A stretch of DNA of 64,000 nucleotides from positions 134,431-198,430 of the forward strand of contig CAVSLG010000018.1 of NCBI GenBank assembly GCA_963728665.1, in the 5' to 3' direction. The notes under the pieces were generated by a model, which had not been told where the DNA came from, did no database searches, and saw only the letters and a list, made by a program, of their open reading frames with translations. Source of the DNA: an uncultured Actinomycetes bacterium. Its GTDB lineage: Bacteria; Actinomycetota; UBA4738; HRBIN12. The first letter of the stretch is position 1. The number at the start of each line of letters is the position of its first letter. This document shows positions 62,729 through 64,000 of this stretch, piece by piece. A program made the position numbers and the translations under genes.

Positions 62729-63355
62729 TCAGGCGAGGATCGGGTGCTTCTTCACCAGCTCCGTCTGCTGCCACACCTTCCCGAGCCCGAGGTAGATGCC
62801 CGCGTTCGCGAAGAACAGGGCTCCCAGCACCAGCGCCTCGACGACGTGGTCGTCGACGAACGGGTTGTGCTCGGGCCAGATCGCGGTGGCCGTGTAGAAG
62901 ATCGCCATCCAGATGATGCCGCCGATGCTGGCCAGCTTGACGCCGATCCCGAGGATCAGCGCGAGCCCGATCAACAGCATCGAGGCCATGTAGATCCAGT
63001 CGACCCAGGCCGCCGAGGTCGGTCCGACATCGGTCATCTGGTATCCGGTGATCGTCTGGTAGAAATCCGTGAACGGACCCTTCATCGCGAAGCCCAGCAC
63101 CCCGGCCGTCGGCGATCCGCCGTTGATCCAGGCGGCGTCACCGACGAAGTCGATCGAGCTGGCGCCCGTGGCCTCATCGACGACCCGCCCAGTCGAGAAG
63201 CCGAGGGCGAACATCTTGTCCAAGAAGGCCCACAGGAAGGTCCAGCCCAGCGCCAGCCGGAGCAGCCCCATCACCACGCCCAGGCCCCTGCGGGTCTCCG
63301 GCGTCGCCTCGGGGATCGTGACCGGCTCGACGGTCTTGCGAACCTGCGTGTCCAT
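62729..63355 (-). CDS. DoxX family membrane protein (thiosulfate:quinone oxidoreductase small-subunit-like)
   Basis: LRLALGWTFLWAFLDK, AWINGGSPT, HNPFVDDH; AGGAGG RBS. Confidence 0.85.
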   Translation of the reverse strand: MDTQVRKTVEPVTIPEATPETRRGLGVVMGLLRLALGWTFLWAFLDKMFALGFSTGRVVDEATGASSIDFVGDAAWINGGSPTAGVLGFAMKGPFTDFYQTITGYQMTDVGPTSAAWVDWIYMASMLLIGLALILGIGVKLASIGGIIWMAIFYTATAIWPEHNPFVDDHVVEALVLGALFFANAGIYLGLGKVWQQTELVKKHPILA

Positions 63356-63435
63356 GTACCCCACCTCCTTCGTTCCTGGGGAGATGTTCCCCCCGCAGGA
63401 GGTGGCGAGAACCAGGCTCGTGGCCCCATCGGACC

Positions 63436-63487
63436 GGGACCTTGGACCCCGGGCCGGGTGGGGTCGGTCGGTCGGGACCTTCGGCCC
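63436..63487. promoter_or_regulatory. Two DosR/DevR-type boxes upstream of DoxX
   Basis: GGGAC-CTTG-GACCC (63436-63449) and GGGAC-CTTC-GGCCC (63474-63487). Confidence 0.7.
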
Positions 63488-63491
63488 TGCT

Positions 63492-64000
63492 CTACTCCTC
63501 GACGGAGCCGGGCGTGGTGGTGTGGCGGGCGAGGTATGCGGCCGCCTCGGCTCGCCGGGCGACCTCGAGCTTGGACAGGATCGACGAGACGTAGTTCTTG
63601 ACGGTCTTCTCGGCGAGGTTCAGCTCGTCGCCGATCTCCCGGTTCGTGCGTCCGTCGGCCACGAGGGTGAGGATGCGCTCCTCCTGGGGCGAGAGTCGCG
63701 CGAGCTTCTCGTCCTTCATCAGGTGCTTGCCCTTGCGCAGACGGTCGAGCACGGCGTTCGTGACGCTCGGGTCGAGCAGGGAGTCGCCGGCGCCCACGGC
63801 GCGGATCGCGCGGAGCAGATCGCCCGACCTCACCTGCTTGAGCACGTAGCCCGAGGCGCCCGCCATGATCGAGGCGAAGAGCGCCTCGTCGTCGGCGAAC
63901 GAGGTGAGCATCAGCACCCGGGTGTCTGGATGGTCCGCGCGGATCTCCCGGGTCGCCTCGATGCCGCTGCCGTCGGCCAGGCGCACGTCCATCACGACGA
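63492..64000 (-). CDS. NarL/DosR-type response regulator (5' end outside window)
   Basis: MDVRLADGSG, LTSFADDEAL, GASGYVLK, AEKTVKNYVSSILSKL. Confidence 0.92.
   Translation of the reverse strand, partial: VVMDVRLADGSGIEATREIRADHPDTRVLMLTSFADDEALFASIMAGASGYVLKQVRSGDLLRAIRAVGAGDSLLDPSVTNAVLDRLRKGKHLMKDEKLARLSPQEERILTLVADGRTNREIGDELNLAEKTVKNYVSSILSKLEVARRAEAAAYLARHTTTPGSVEE

Overview
High-GC (about 70% by eye) Actinomycetota-like chromosomal window with about 60 protein genes and no rRNA, tRNA, CRISPR array or mobile element that I can support. Housekeeping content: sdhCDAB, acnA, and a dispersed acyl-CoA/ethylmalonyl-CoA-type gene set (thiolase, 3-hydroxybutyryl-CoA dehydrogenase, ccr, mce, mutase, acyl-CoA carboxylase subunits, BirA). 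Accessory content: an 8-gene copper/surface-protein operon, a nurA-herA-sbcD-sbcC end-resection operon, a heliorhodopsin and a DosR-type regulator with matching boxes. Many genes carry single-base frameshifts that look like long-read indel errors. The most striking locus is at 26.9-32.8 kb. A 151-aa protein made of ten acidic (E)D-D-T-E-G spacers alternating with three kinds of short basic cassettes sits divergently from a GAF protein - cytoplasmic S8 subtilase - Ntn-hydrolase operon. It converges on an MFS-cNMP-binding fusion transporter. Nearby are a Crp/Fnr regulator, whose likely TGTCR-N6-YGACA boxes lie in the repeat gene's promoter, and the remnant of a TPR-bearing STAND-type gene. I interpret this, as inference only, as a candidate multi-core peptide signalling system coupled to cyclic nucleotides.
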